DNA of 64,000 nucleotides from Myxococcota bacterium (GTDB lineage: Bacteria; Myxococcota_A; UBA9160; JAFDDA01): positions 1,792,001-1,856,000 of the forward strand of contig OZ245817.1 of assembly GCA_965228475.1 (NCBI GenBank). The letters run 5' to 3'. The translations under genes and the position numbers were made by a program. Below, in pieces: positions 1 through 9,561 of the stretch; the stretch's first letter is position 1, and each line of letters opens with the position of its first letter. Below the pieces are notes generated by a model. It was not told where the DNA came from. It searched no databases and worked only from the letters and a program-made list of their open reading frames with translations.

Positions 1-1
1 C

Positions 2-715
2 CAGCCCGGCAACCTGAACGCGCCCCGGGCGGTCGTCCACGCGGCGATCCTCTACGTCCTCCGCTGCCTCGTCCACGAACGGATCCCGCTGAACGGGGGC
101 TGCCTCGATCCCGTCGAGATCCGCATCCCGGCCGGCAGCCTGCTCGACCCGCCGCCCGGCCACGCCGTGGTGGGCGGCAACGTCGAAACCTCCCAGCGCG
201 TGGTCGACGTCCTGCTCGGCGCCCTCGGCAGGGCCGGCGCGAGCCAGGGCACCATGAACAACGTGACCTTCGGCGACGCCCGCTTCGGCTACTACGAGAC
301 GATCGGCGGCGGGGCCGGCGCGGGCCCGGACTTCGCCGGAGCCTCGGGCGTCCACACCCACATGACGAACACCCGCATCACCGACCTCGAAGTGATCGAG
401 ACCCGCTACCCGGTCCGCATCGAGCGCTTCGCCCTGCGGCGCGGGACGGGCGGGGCAGGGCGCCAGCCCGGGGGCGACGGCCTGGTCCGCGCCTACCGCT
501 TCCTCTCGCCGGTCGAGGTCTCGCTTCTGACCGAACGCCGGTTGACGGCGCCCTACGGGGCGGCCGGGGGCGCCCCGGGCGCGCCCGGCGCGAACCGCGT
601 CGAGCGCGCGAACGGCCGGGTCGAGCTGCTGGGTCCGAAGGCACGGGCCGAACTCGCCGCGGGCGATCGGCTCGTGGTGGAGACCCCGGGCGGCGGAGGC
701 TTCGGCGCCGCGTGA
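2..715 (+). CDS. Hydantoinase B/5-oxoprolinase family protein, C-terminal part (5' end outside the window)
   Basis: Frame is open from base 2 ([12 protein letters not shown]...IPLNGGCL). Motifs [45 protein letters not shown]. Confidence 0.93.
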   Translation, partial: QPGNLNAPRAVVHAAILYVLRCLVHERIPLNGGCLDPVEIRIPAGSLLDPPPGHAVVGGNVETSQRVVDVLLGALGRAGASQGTMNNVTFGDARFGYYETIGGGAGAGPDFAGASGVHTHMTNTRITDLEVIETRYPVRIERFALRRGTGGAGRQPGGDGLVRAYRFLSPVEVSLLTERRLTAPYGAAGGAPGAPGANRVERANGRVELLGPKARAELAAGDRLVVETPGGGGFGAA

Positions 716-762
716 GGCGCTCGTACCGCCTCGAGGCCCTGCACCCGAATCGACACTTGGCC

Positions 763-791
763 TTGCCGCCCGGCCCCCCGCGTTCTAGCTT
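763..791 (+). promoter_or_regulatory. Putative sigma70 promoter of tRNA-Lys
   Basis: TTGCCG (763-768), 17 nt, TAGCTT (786-791), ending 6 nt before the tRNA 5' end. Confidence 0.5.
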
Positions 792-797
792 CGGCCC

Positions 798-873
798 GGG
801 CGCGTAGCTCAATTGGCAGAGCAAGTGGCTCTTAACCACTAGGTTCGGGGTTCGATTCCCCGCGCGCTCACCA
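798..873 (+). tRNA. tRNA-Lys (anticodon CTT)
   Basis: Cloverleaf: acceptor GGGCGCG/CGCGCTC, anticodon arm AGTGG-CT CTT AA-CCACT, T loop TTCGATT, encoded CCA; 76 nt. Confidence 0.97.
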
Positions 874-984
874 GCCCACCCTGCGAGATTGCCGCGCGGT
901 TGCGCATCGCACCCGCGTCGGCTCGACACCCCGGGCTCCCGCTCGCTACTCACAAGCGGGCGACGCTGCCGCCCGGAGCATGCC

Positions 985-1773
985 ATGGGGTCCATCCTTC
1001 GAATCGCGCTCGTCGCGCTCGGCCTGACTTCGACCGGGCTGCTCCCGGCCTCGAGCGTTGCCGCGACCCTCGACCCGAGCCGGGACGCCCGGCAGCTCGT
1101 GCGCGTCGACGTCTGGACCGACGCCGACGGCCCCGAAGGGCTGATCCAGGAGCAGGAAGAGATCGAGGTCTTCGACCTCTTCCCCTTCGACGAGCGGCTG
1201 GAGCTCCAGCGGGTGGCCGGCGCGCTCGGCGCCTCGGCGCTGGCCGAACTCGAGACCGTGATCACACCGACGCGGGTCGAAGCGCGCGCCTTCACCGACA
1301 GCATCGCCTCCGCGCTCGGGTCGCAGTACGCGCGCGGCGTCGGTCAGGCGCTCTTCCGGCTGGAGTTCACGGTGGCGGAACCGACGCCCTTCGACCTCAC
1401 TCTCGTGGTGCTCGGGGTCGGGGAGGCGGACGTCGACGTCTCGCTGGAGAGCCTCGGCGAGTTCGACGAGCTCGAGCTCAACGGCGAGCCCGGGGAAGAG
1501 CGGCTCGAGATCTCCGGCGTCTTCCAACCCGGGCAGTACTACAACCTCTACGGGTTCGCGTTCATGCGATCGGACGCCGGGCAGGGGGAACTCCCGGAGC
1601 TCGGCTCCGCGGGCTTCGAGATCGTTCTCACGGTGCCGGAGCCGGGACCGATCCCGCTGCTCGGGATGGGGGTCCTGGCCGGCGCCTCATTGAAGCGCCG
1701 CTCGCATCCATGCACAGGTCGGCGCGCGTCGGCTACGGCGCGAAGGCTGACGGCCCGGGCACTCCCTGGATGA
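985..1773 (+). CDS. PEP-CTERM sorting domain-containing secreted protein
   Basis: GGAG RBS and ATG at 985; signal peptide; C-terminal VPEP + hydrophobic stretch + KRR. The 3' end overlaps the convergent gene by 41 nt. Confidence 0.8.
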   Translation: MGSILRIALVALGLTSTGLLPASSVAATLDPSRDARQLVRVDVWTDADGPEGLIQEQEEIEVFDLFPFDERLELQRVAGALGASALAELETVITPTRVEARAFTDSIASALGSQYARGVGQALFRLEFTVAEPTPFDLTLVVLGVGEADVDVSLESLGEFDELELNGEPGEERLEISGVFQPGQYYNLYGFAFMRSDAGQGELPELGSAGFEIVLTVPEPGPIPLLGMGVLAGASLKRRSHPCTGRRASATARRLTARALPG

Positions 1774-4700
1774 ACCCCGGCACGAAGAGCAGGAAGTCGT
1801 CGATGTTGACGAAGCCGTCGCCGCTCATGTCGGTTTCGTTCGCGCCCGGACTGCCGGAGATGAAGTCCGGCAGGAAGAGCAGGAAGTCGTCGATGTTGCA
1901 GAAGCCGTCGTCGTTGAAGTCGCAGTCGCAGGCGTTGCCGTAGCCGTCGGCGTCGCCGTCGAGCTGGTCGTTCGGGCCTCCGTCGGGGCCGTTCGGGACC
2001 TCGGTGCAGTTGTCCTCTTCGTCGAAGAGGCCGTCGTCGTCCGCATCGCGGGAGCCGATCCGCACGGTCCGGTGCGCGACGGACTGGGACCCGTCGACGA
2101 TCCCGAGGAAGCGGAGCAGCGTCCCGTCCGGCGTGCCGGCGGTGACGACCGGCGGCATGGAGACCGTGATCTCCTGGCCCGGCAGCAGGTTGCCGAGCTG
2201 CCACTGGACCCGCTCGCCGGGGCTGCAGCTCGAGTTCAGGTTGCCCGAGACCGTGCAGATTCCACCGCCCGTCGTCGTGCCCTGGCTGAAGGCGTTCAGG
2301 TTGTCCGGGACCCGGGCTTCGAGGACCACGTCGAAGCGCGTCACGGTGTCCTGGTTCTGGACGGTCAGGTCGATCTGGAGTGCTTCGAGGGGCTGGGCCG
2401 GGTCCGGTTCCGCGTCGATCGTGAGGGAGAGCGGCGCGTCGTCCATGCTGGCGGTGACGAAGCGGGCGCGTGCCTCCGCCGGCGTGCCGGCGTCGTCGCG
2501 CAGGAGAGCGGACCCGAGGAGCAGGACCTGGGCCGCCGGATCGAGGACGCGCAGCGTCGCCTCCCGGGTGCCTCCCTGCCCCGGAGCCACCGGGCCGAGG
2601 TTCCATTCGACGTGGTCACCCACGAGGGAACCGCCTTCGTTGGCGGACAGGAAGCTCGTGCCTTCCGGGAGTGCCAGCCGCAGGGTCGTTCCCGTGCGGG
2701 TGCCGGGCCCGCGGTTCGCGAAGGTGAGGTTCACCGTGAGGTCGCCATCGCGCGCGACCGGGTCGGGGCTTTCGTCCGCCGCCAGCTCGAGCTGCGGCGC
2801 AGTCTCCACCGCCGTCGCCACGCCCGCGAGCGCCTGGTCGCCGCCGCCTTCCTCGGCGCGCACCCTCCAGTCGATCAGAGTTCCGCCCGGCGTTCCGCTG
2901 GCCACGCCGGCCGGGACGGTCACGGTCCGGTGATCGCCCGCCGGCAGCTCTCCGATCGTCCAACGCAGGCGCTCTCCCGCGCTGCACACCGAGTTGAAGT
3001 TGCCCGAGATGTTGCAGGCGCCGCCGCCCGTGCTCAGGTTCTGGCTGATGCCGTTCACGCCGTCGGGCGTTCGCGTCTCGACCGCGACGTCGAAGAGGGA
3101 GAACGGGCCCGAGTTGGCGACGGTGATCTCGACGCTCTGCGGCTCGCCGGGCCGCACGGGGTCGGGGTGGACCTCGAGGGCCACCTCGAGCGGCGAATCG
3201 TCCAAGATGGCGGTGACCGCGGCGGCGCGCGCGGCGTTGCGCGGGAAATCGTCGTCGCCGATCGCGGCCCGGGCGCGGATCTGCTCGCCGTCCGCGAGAG
3301 CCGCTTCGGTCGCGAACTCCGCCCGGCGCTCGCCACTGCGCCCGGCCGGGAGCACTCCGAGGTTCCAGACGACGTCGTCGCCCACGAGGGCTCCGCCGTC
3401 GCTGGCGGAGACGAAGCTCGTGCCGGGGGGAACCGGGAGACGCAGACTCGTCCCGGTGACCGTGCTGGCGGATCGGTTGGCGTAGACCAGGTCGTAGTGC
3501 AGCGCGCCATCGGAGGCCGCCGGGTCCGGTGCGTCGGTCAGGAGGAGTTCGAGGGCCGGGCTCTCCTGGACGAGGACGGCCTGGCTTGCCGTGACCTGCT
3601 CACCGCCGCCCTCGCTCAGCGTGGCGCGCCAATGGGGCAGGCGGCCATCCGCGGTGCCGGCCGTGACCGTGGCCGGCAGGCTGACCGTGACGCGTTCGCC
3701 CGCGCCGAGCGTGCCGAGGGCCCATTGGAGCCGCTCGCCTCGACTGCACGTCGAGTTGAAGTTCCCACCGATCTGGCAGGTGCCGCCGCTCGAGGTGAGG
3801 CTCTGCGCGAAGCCGTTGGTCCGCTCGGGGACTCGGGTCTCCATCGTCACGTCGACGAGCGGGAAGGGGCCGGCGTTGCTGGCGGTGAGCTCGACGATCT
3901 GGGCCTCGCCGGGCCGGACGGGATCCGGCGTGACCGCCAGGCCGAGACGGAGCGCCGGGCCGCTCTGGACGGCGGCGACGTCGGCCGCGCGGGCGGTCCC
4001 GGCCGGGAAGGAATCGTCGGTGATGCGTGCGAGGGTGCGGAGGAGCTCGCCGTCTCCGAGGCCCGGGTCCGTGGCCAGGGTTGCGTAGCGCGTGTCGCCG
4101 GCGCCCGGGGTCACCGGGCCGAGGTTCCACTGCACGGCGCCGTCCACGACGGCACCCCCGTCGCTGGCCGCGACGAAGCTCGTGCCGGGCGGGAGCGGGA
4201 GCCGCAGGACGACGCCGGTGGCCGTGGAGACGCTCGCGTTCGAGAAGATCACGCTGTAGAGGAGGTCTTCATCGGGGTTGGCCGGATCGCGCTCCGCGTC
4301 GACCGCCAGCTCGAGGGCCGGTTCCGAGGCGACGATCACGGTCTGGCGCGCGAGGGCCTGTTCGCCGCCGCTCTCCGTCAGCCAGCCGCGCCAGGGCAGG
4401 AGCCGGCCGTCCGCCGTCGAGCCCGTGACGATCGGTGGCAGGGAGACCGTGACGCGCTCTCCGGCCGAGAGGGTGCCGAGCTCCCAGCGGAGCCGCTCTC
4501 CGGTGCTGCAGGTCGAGTTGAAGTTGCCGGAGACGCTGCACAGCCCGCCCTCGCTCGAGAAGCTCTGGCCGAAGCCGTCGATCTGCGCCGGGATGCGTGT
4601 CTCGAGCACGACGTCGCTCGCCGGCACCGGCCCGCGGTTGGTGGCGGTGAGCTCGACGTGGAGGGCGCCTCCGGCCCGCACCGGGTCCGGGTTCACCGCG

Positions 4701-5566
4701 ATTCCCAGCTCGAGGCCGACGGGCGCGACGCTCCCGTCGACGGCGGTGACGCTCGTCGCCGTGGCGGACCCGCCGGCGTTGGTGACGGTGGCCTCGGCCG
4801 GGATCAACGTTCCGTTGCCGAGACCGCCGTCCACCGCGAAGACGGCCTGGCGGGTTCCGCCGGCACCGGACGGCAGAGTCCCCAGCGCCCACGAGATGGT
4901 TCCCGCGGCGAAGATCCCGCCGTCGCTCGCGGAGACGAAGGTGGTTCCCGCCGGCACCGGCAGGGTGAGGTTGGCGCCGAGCGCGGTGACCGCGCCGACG
5001 TTCGCGAACGCCAGCTCGTAGGTCAGGTTCTCCCCGGGCGCGACCGGGTCGGCGTCTTCATCGAGGGCGAGTTCGAAGATCGGCGCCGCGTCCACGCCGA
5101 CGGTTTCGCTCGCCGTGACCGGCCCGCCGTCGTCCGCTTCGACCTCGAAAGTGAGGGCGGCGCCGGTGGCGGCGCTCACGAACGGCGCGAAGCTGACGGT
5201 GGCGCTGCCTCCCGGGGGAAGCACAGGGATGATCCAGGCGATCGTCTCTCCGGCGTCGCAGTTGGTGTTGAAGTTCCCGCTGCCCGAACACTCGCCGTCG
5301 CCCGTCGTGAGGCTCTGGCTGAAGGACGAGATGCCCGACGGGAGCACGGACTGCAGTTCGACGTCGATCAGCCCGAGGACGTCGGTGTTGGTGACCGTGA
5401 ACTCGACGTGGACCGGTTGGCCGGTCCGAACGGGGTTGGGGTTCACCTCGACCCCGAGCTCGAGCCCCCGGGCCGGGCTGGCGACGGCCAGCGCTCCGAG
5501 CAGAAAGAGACCCAATCCACCAGATCCCCACCGACCGATCCACATGAGCTTCAACACCAGCGCCAT
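1733..5566 (-). CDS. Large secreted repeat protein: DUF11-like Ig repeats with C-terminal TSP3-like and dockerin-like Ca-binding motifs
   Basis: Signal peptide; nine ~125-aa modules (DPV..G..L....T..N...LP.G.SFVSASDGG...W.LG.L..G); C-terminal DADDDGLFDEEDNC...DGDADGYGNACD and duplicated DxxxDGFxNIDDFLLF. Confidence 0.85.
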   Translation of the reverse strand: MALVLKLMWIGRWGSGGLGLFLLGALAVASPARGLELGVEVNPNPVRTGQPVHVEFTVTNTDVLGLIDVELQSVLPSGISSFSQSLTTGDGECSGSGNFNTNCDAGETIAWIIPVLPPGGSATVSFAPFVSAATGAALTFEVEADDGGPVTASETVGVDAAPIFELALDEDADPVAPGENLTYELAFANVGAVTALGANLTLPVPAGTTFVSASDGGIFAAGTISWALGTLPSGAGGTRQAVFAVDGGLGNGTLIPAEATVTNAGGSATATSVTAVDGSVAPVGLELGIAVNPDPVRAGGALHVELTATNRGPVPASDVVLETRIPAQIDGFGQSFSSEGGLCSVSGNFNSTCSTGERLRWELGTLSAGERVTVSLPPIVTGSTADGRLLPWRGWLTESGGEQALARQTVIVASEPALELAVDAERDPANPDEDLLYSVIFSNASVSTATGVVLRLPLPPGTSFVAASDGGAVVDGAVQWNLGPVTPGAGDTRYATLATDPGLGDGELLRTLARITDDSFPAGTARAADVAAVQSGPALRLGLAVTPDPVRPGEAQIVELTASNAGPFPLVDVTMETRVPERTNGFAQSLTSSGGTCQIGGNFNSTCSRGERLQWALGTLGAGERVTVSLPATVTAGTADGRLPHWRATLSEGGGEQVTASQAVLVQESPALELLLTDAPDPAASDGALHYDLVYANRSASTVTGTSLRLPVPPGTSFVSASDGGALVGDDVVWNLGVLPAGRSGERRAEFATEAALADGEQIRARAAIGDDDFPRNAARAAAVTAILDDSPLEVALEVHPDPVRPGEPQSVEITVANSGPFSLFDVAVETRTPDGVNGISQNLSTGGGACNISGNFNSVCSAGERLRWTIGELPAGDHRTVTVPAGVASGTPGGTLIDWRVRAEEGGGDQALAGVATAVETAPQLELAADESPDPVARDGDLTVNLTFANRGPGTRTGTTLRLALPEGTSFLSANEGGSLVGDHVEWNLGPVAPGQGGTREATLRVLDPAAQVLLLGSALLRDDAGTPAEARARFVTASMDDAPLSLTIDAEPDPAQPLEALQIDLTVQNQDTVTRFDVVLEARVPDNLNAFSQGTTTGGGICTVSGNLNSSCSPGERVQWQLGNLLPGQEITVSMPPVVTAGTPDGTLLRFLGIVDGSQSVAHRTVRIGSRDADDDGLFDEEDNCTEVPNGPDGGPNDQLDGDADGYGNACDCDFNDDGFCNIDDFLLFLPDFISGSPGANETDMSGDGFVNIDDFLLFVPGFIQGVPGPSAFAP

Positions 5567-5659
5567 CCTCCGAGCAGCTTTTCGCTAGCGAGTAGTGGCT
5601 CGGCGGGCGGCCCCGTGTCAAGCGGGGAGGCCGGACGGAGCGGTGAGCGGGGCGCCCCG

Positions 5660-6175
5660 TCACATCGGGCGCGTCCTCTTCTGGCGCACCCAGAGCGACC
5701 CCGCGACGAGCGTCGCTCCCCCGGACAGCGCCAGGACTCCGAACGCGTCGAGGAACGGTGCCGCGCCGACGCCGATGGCGCCGAGCACCCAGGGGATCTC
5801 GCAGGCGACGAGCGCGGACGCACCGGCGAGGACTCCACCGATTCCGGCCCGGCGGGCGCCCGTCGCCCGCCCCGCGCCCGCATCGCCCGCCAGCGGTGCA
5901 AAGAAGTCCGCGTCCGGGTCGATGCCTTCGATGCGGAGTCGCAGCTCGCCTCCCGCCTCGTCGAGGTTCCAATCGAGCCCCCCGCAGCAGCCGCGCTCGA
6001 AGGCGACGAGGGCTTCGAGGCGCGCCTTCAGCGCGGGATCGTCCGGGAAGCGCCAGGCGCGTCCGTGGGGGAGGCGCTCGGCCGCTCGCGCGCGCGGCAG
6101 GATCTCTCGGCGGAACATCGCGACCCGCTCCTGCTGGTCCTGCGGCGGCAGGCTGCAGACTTCACCCTGATCCAT
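5660..6175 (-). CDS. Cys-containing membrane protein (CSL...ERGCC soluble domain plus two C-terminal TM helices), probable target of the adjacent MerR regulator
   Basis: AAGGAGG RBS and ATG at 6175; motifs VCSL, FERGCC and TM segment ALVACEIPWVLGAIGVG. Confidence 0.7.
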   Translation of the reverse strand: MDQGEVCSLPPQDQQERVAMFRREILPRARAAERLPHGRAWRFPDDPALKARLEALVAFERGCCGGLDWNLDEAGGELRLRIEGIDPDADFFAPLAGDAGAGRATGARRAGIGGVLAGASALVACEIPWVLGAIGVGAAPFLDAFGVLALSGGATLVAGSLWVRQKRTRPM

Positions 6176-6216
6176 GGTGCCCTCCTTCGAGCGCGCAGCT
6201 CCGCGCGCAAGCAGGA

Positions 6217-6247
6217 AGGCTACGGGTTCAAGCGCACTTGAAGTCAA
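6217..6247 (-). promoter_or_regulatory. MerR/SoxR-type promoter with a 19-bp spacer and internal dyad operator
   Basis: Minus strand TTGACT (6247-6242), 19 nt, TAGCCT (6222-6217); dyad TTCAAG-CGCA-CTTGAA at 6227-6242. Confidence 0.85.
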
Positions 6248-6264
6248 GCCCCGGAGAGCGAGGC

Positions 6265-6648
6265 TCAGCCCTCGAGGGCCCGAGCGCAGTCGTCGAGGGT
6301 CGGGCACTCGCAGCGGGCGACGACCCGCAGGACGCGCTTCATGCGCTCGGCCTCCGCGATGCGGCGGTCGAGCTCGCCGAGCTTCTCGGCGGTGAGCGCG
6401 CGCCAGCGCGCCCCCGGCGGTTTGCGTCCGCCGAAACCGCGCACGAGCCGCTTGATCTCGGCGATCGTGAAGCCGGCGCTCTGGGCCAGCGCGATCAGGG
6501 AGAGACGCCCGACGATGCTTTCGTCGTAGACGCGCCTTCCGCTGCGCCGCGCGGCGCGAGGGATCAGGCCTTCCGCCTCGTAGTAACGGATCGCCGACGC
6601 CGCGATGCCCGCGCGCCGGGCGACCTCTCCGATGCCGAGTTCGGCCAT
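6265..6648 (-). CDS. MerR-family transcriptional regulator, SoxR-like
   Basis: IGEVARRAGIAASAIRYYEAEGLI HTH, AQSAGFTIAEI, C-terminal CECPTLDDC. Confidence 0.92.
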   Translation of the reverse strand: MAELGIGEVARRAGIAASAIRYYEAEGLIPRAARRSGRRVYDESIVGRLSLIALAQSAGFTIAEIKRLVRGFGGRKPPGARWRALTAEKLGELDRRIAEAERMKRVLRVVARCECPTLDDCARALEG

Positions 6649-6704
6649 CCGCTCCCTCCTGCCTCGCCGCCCTTGGCGTTACCCTTCGCTCCGGAGGTTC
6701 CACC

Positions 6705-7808
6705 ATGTTGCTTCGCAATGCTCTCGCGCTCGCCCTTGCGATCCCGTCGCTCGCGCTCGCCGCCCCGCCCGAGCCCGGCGATGCCTACCGCGCGGGCTAC
6801 GCCGCGGCGGTGATCGAGCGCGAGCTCGGGCTGCGGGCCGAATCCCTCCAGGTCGAGGACGGCGTCCTCACCGTCCGCATCTCGGACCTCGGGCCCCACG
6901 AGCGCAGCCATCTCGCTTCGGCCCTCGGGACCATCGAGGGCATCGAGCGCGTCCGCATCCTCGGCCCCGACGACCCGATCCCGGCCGACGAAGCGCCGAC
7001 GCCGGCGGCGGTGACCGTCCAGGCCGACGACGACGAACCGAAGTGGGACATCCTCCCTTCGGGCCAGCTCTTCGAACCCCTGCTCGCGGACCCGCGCTGG
7101 CCGCACTTCTCCGCCAGCTACCAGAACTACGTGAGCAGCAAGGACGGGCTCGGCAACGTCGCCGCCGTGAGCTTCGGCGACGTGATCCCCTTCGCACGCC
7201 GGGCCCGCGCGGGCGACGGACGCTTCGAGATCGCGCTCCACGCCGCCGTCTTCTCGATCTTCGACATCGACGCCGACTCCTTCGATCTGATCAACTCGGA
7301 CTTCCTGGTCGGTCCCGCCTTCACCTATCGCCAGGGCAGCGTCTCGGCGATGCTGCGCGTCTTCCACCAGAGCTCCCACCTCGGCGACGAGTTCCTCCTG
7401 CGCATGGACACGGACCGCATCAACCTGAGCTACGAGGCGGTCGACATGCTCGTCTCCTGGGATCCGAACTCGTGGCTGCGCATCTACGGCGGCTGGGGCG
7501 TCCTCCTGCGGCGTGAGCCGGAGGACCTCGGGCGCGGCTCGCTCCAGATCGGCCTCGAGGCGCAGAGCCCGCGCACCTGGGCGGGCGGCACGCTCCGCCC
7601 GGTGTTCGCGCTCGACGTGCAGAGCCGCCAGGAGAGCGATTGGGACCTCGACATCTCCGCCCGCACCGGGCTCCAGATCGAGAGCCCGCGCCTGGCCGGC
7701 CGGAAGCTCCAGGTCCTGCTCGACTACTTCCAGGGCCAGTCGCCGAACGGCCAGTTCTTCGACCGCAAGATCGAGTACTGGGCGCTGGGAGCCCATCTCC
7801 ACTTCTAG
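6705..7808 (+). CDS. DUF1207-like outer-membrane beta-barrel protein
   Basis: Signal peptide; FEPLLADPR, DLINSDF, RVFHQSSHLGDEF, RINLSYE motifs; terminal Phe. Confidence 0.8.
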   Translation: MLLRNALALALAIPSLALAAPPEPGDAYRAGYAAAVIERELGLRAESLQVEDGVLTVRISDLGPHERSHLASALGTIEGIERVRILGPDDPIPADEAPTPAAVTVQADDDEPKWDILPSGQLFEPLLADPRWPHFSASYQNYVSSKDGLGNVAAVSFGDVIPFARRARAGDGRFEIALHAAVFSIFDIDADSFDLINSDFLVGPAFTYRQGSVSAMLRVFHQSSHLGDEFLLRMDTDRINLSYEAVDMLVSWDPNSWLRIYGGWGVLLRREPEDLGRGSLQIGLEAQSPRTWAGGTLRPVFALDVQSRQESDWDLDISARTGLQIESPRLAGRKLQVLLDYFQGQSPNGQFFDRKIEYWALGAHLHF

Positions 7809-7867
7809 GAGCCCGCGCTGGCCCGGCCGCGCCCCATCTGGTTTCCTCCCGGTCTGCTTCCGGCGCT

Positions 7868-7952
7868 GCCCCGATGCTGGAACTGGTAGACAGGACGGGC
7901 TTAGAACCCGTTGCCTTCGGGCGTGCAGGTTCGAACCCTGCTCGGGGCACCA
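7868..7952 (+). tRNA. tRNA-Leu (anticodon TAG)
   Basis: Acceptor GCCCCGA/TCGGGGC, anticodon arm ACGGG-CT TAG AA-CCCGT, long variable arm, TTCGAAC, CCA; 85 nt; usual position upstream of tig. Confidence 0.96.
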
Positions 7953-8042
7953 TGCCTGCCCGGGGCACCGCGGCCCCCGCCCGGGCCCGCCGGGTCTGCT
8001 AGCGTCCCCGCTCGTTCCCCCTCCCATCTCTGGAGACCATTC

Positions 8043-9353
8043 GTGGCCAAGGATTCGCCGTCCATCGAGGTATCGACCGCCGAGGAAGGGGCCGTGCGCC
8101 GCACGGTCTCGGTGACGGTCCCGGTCGAAGAGGTCGCCAAGGCCTTCGAGAAGGTCTTCACCCAGCTCGGCAAGCACGCCCGCGTGAAGGGGTTCCGCCC
8201 GGGCAAGGTCCCGCGCAACGTGATCAAGAAGCTCCACGGCGCGACGGTCGGCGAGGAGGTCGAGCGGCTGCTCGTGGGCCAGACCCTCGAGGACGCCATC
8301 GAGCAGAGCGAGGCCCAGCCGGTGGTCGAGCCCACCATCGACGCCGACGTTCCGAAGGAAGGGGAGGCCTTCTCCTACCGCGTCGGGATCGAGGTGAAGC
8401 CGACCTTCCAGCTCGGCGAACTCCAGGGCCTGCCGGCGAAGAAGCCCAAGGTGCTGGTCGGGAGCGACGCGGTCGACCGCGAGCTCGAGACCCTGCGCGA
8501 GCGCAACGCGCCCTGGGTCGAGGTCGACGAAGGCACCGCGGCCGAGAGCGGGAACACCCTGACGATCGACTTCGAGGGCAGCATCGACGGCGTGCCCTTC
8601 GAAGGCGGCGCCGCCAAGGATCACTCCCTCGAGCTCGGCTCGGGCCGCTTCATCCCGGGCTTCGAGGAGCAGCTCGAAGGCGCCGTGGCCGGAGAGGACC
8701 GCGAGGTGAACGTGACCTTCCCCGCGGACTACGGCAGTGAAGCGCTGGCGGGCAAGGACGCGCTGTTCAAGGTGAAGGTGCACAGCATCCAGCGGCGCGA
8801 CATCCCGGAGCTCGACGACGAGTTCGCGAAGGATCTGGGCGAGTTCGAGACCCTGGCCGAGCTGCGAGACCGGATCGAGGCGGACCTCACGAAGGGCGCC
8901 GAGGAGCGTTCGAAGAGCGCCCTCGAGCGCAGCGTCGTCGAGGCGCTGATCGAGCGCACGCCCTTCGAGGTCGGCCCGGGCCTGGTGGATCGCCAGCTCC
9001 AGAACCGGCTCGCGGGTGCGCACCAGCAGCTGCAGCACTCGGTTCCGCACGAGGCGCTCCACGAGCAGCTCACGCGCTGGCGCGAGGAGTGGCGGCCCCA
9101 GGCCGAGCAGGAAGTACGCGAGATGCTGCTGCTCGGCGCGGTCGCCGAGGAGCGCGAGATCGACGTCACGGAAGAGGACGTCGACGCCAAGATCGCGGAG
9201 CTGGCCGAAGGGCAGGGCGCCGACCCGGCGAAGGTGCGCGCGGCCTACGAGGAGCGCGACCTGATCGACAGCCTGAAGAGCCAGCTGCGCGACGAGAAGG
9301 CCTTGGCCTGGCTCTGCGACGAGGCTAAAGTCGAAGAAGTTACGGACGGTTAG
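8043..9353 (+). CDS. tig: Trigger factor
   Basis: GFRPGKVP ribosome-binding signature; FKBP domain (IDFEG..DG..FEGG, FIPGFEEQL); GTG at 8043 after GGAG. Confidence 0.97.
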   Translation: MAKDSPSIEVSTAEEGAVRRTVSVTVPVEEVAKAFEKVFTQLGKHARVKGFRPGKVPRNVIKKLHGATVGEEVERLLVGQTLEDAIEQSEAQPVVEPTIDADVPKEGEAFSYRVGIEVKPTFQLGELQGLPAKKPKVLVGSDAVDRELETLRERNAPWVEVDEGTAAESGNTLTIDFEGSIDGVPFEGGAAKDHSLELGSGRFIPGFEEQLEGAVAGEDREVNVTFPADYGSEALAGKDALFKVKVHSIQRRDIPELDDEFAKDLGEFETLAELRDRIEADLTKGAEERSKSALERSVVEALIERTPFEVGPGLVDRQLQNRLAGAHQQLQHSVPHEALHEQLTRWREEWRPQAEQEVREMLLLGAVAEEREIDVTEEDVDAKIAELAEGQGADPAKVRAAYEERDLIDSLKSQLRDEKALAWLCDEAKVEEVTDG

Positions 9354-9561
9354 CGGCTGGCCGGCGGCGCGTTTGCGCTCCGGTTTCCCCGCTGCCGCCG
9401 GCCGCTGACGGGCCCCCGGGCCCCGCTCTGCAGGCCCCGGACTCCCTCCAGGTCCGCCCCGGATTCCCCGCCGCACTGCGTCGGGCGCGCCCGGTGTCCA
9501 ATGGTTAGCATCCGAACGGGATCGCCCTGCGGGGCCGTCCGTATCTGGGAGACCCGCTGAA

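Noticed and set aside
5593..5621. Perfect TTGACA upstream of the DUF11 gene on the minus strand
   Set aside because: No convincing -10 hexamer at 16-18 nt spacing, so the promoter is not called.
2072..6241. 1389-aa ORF on the + strand
   Set aside because: Antisense shadow of the DUF11 repeat gene; long stop-free opposite frames are expected at this GC content and it has no recognisable motifs.
7943..7969. 9-nt repeat CGGGGCACC of the tRNA-Leu 3' end, 18 nt downstream
   Set aside because: Too short and too GC-rich to call an att site; no cargo lies between the copies.
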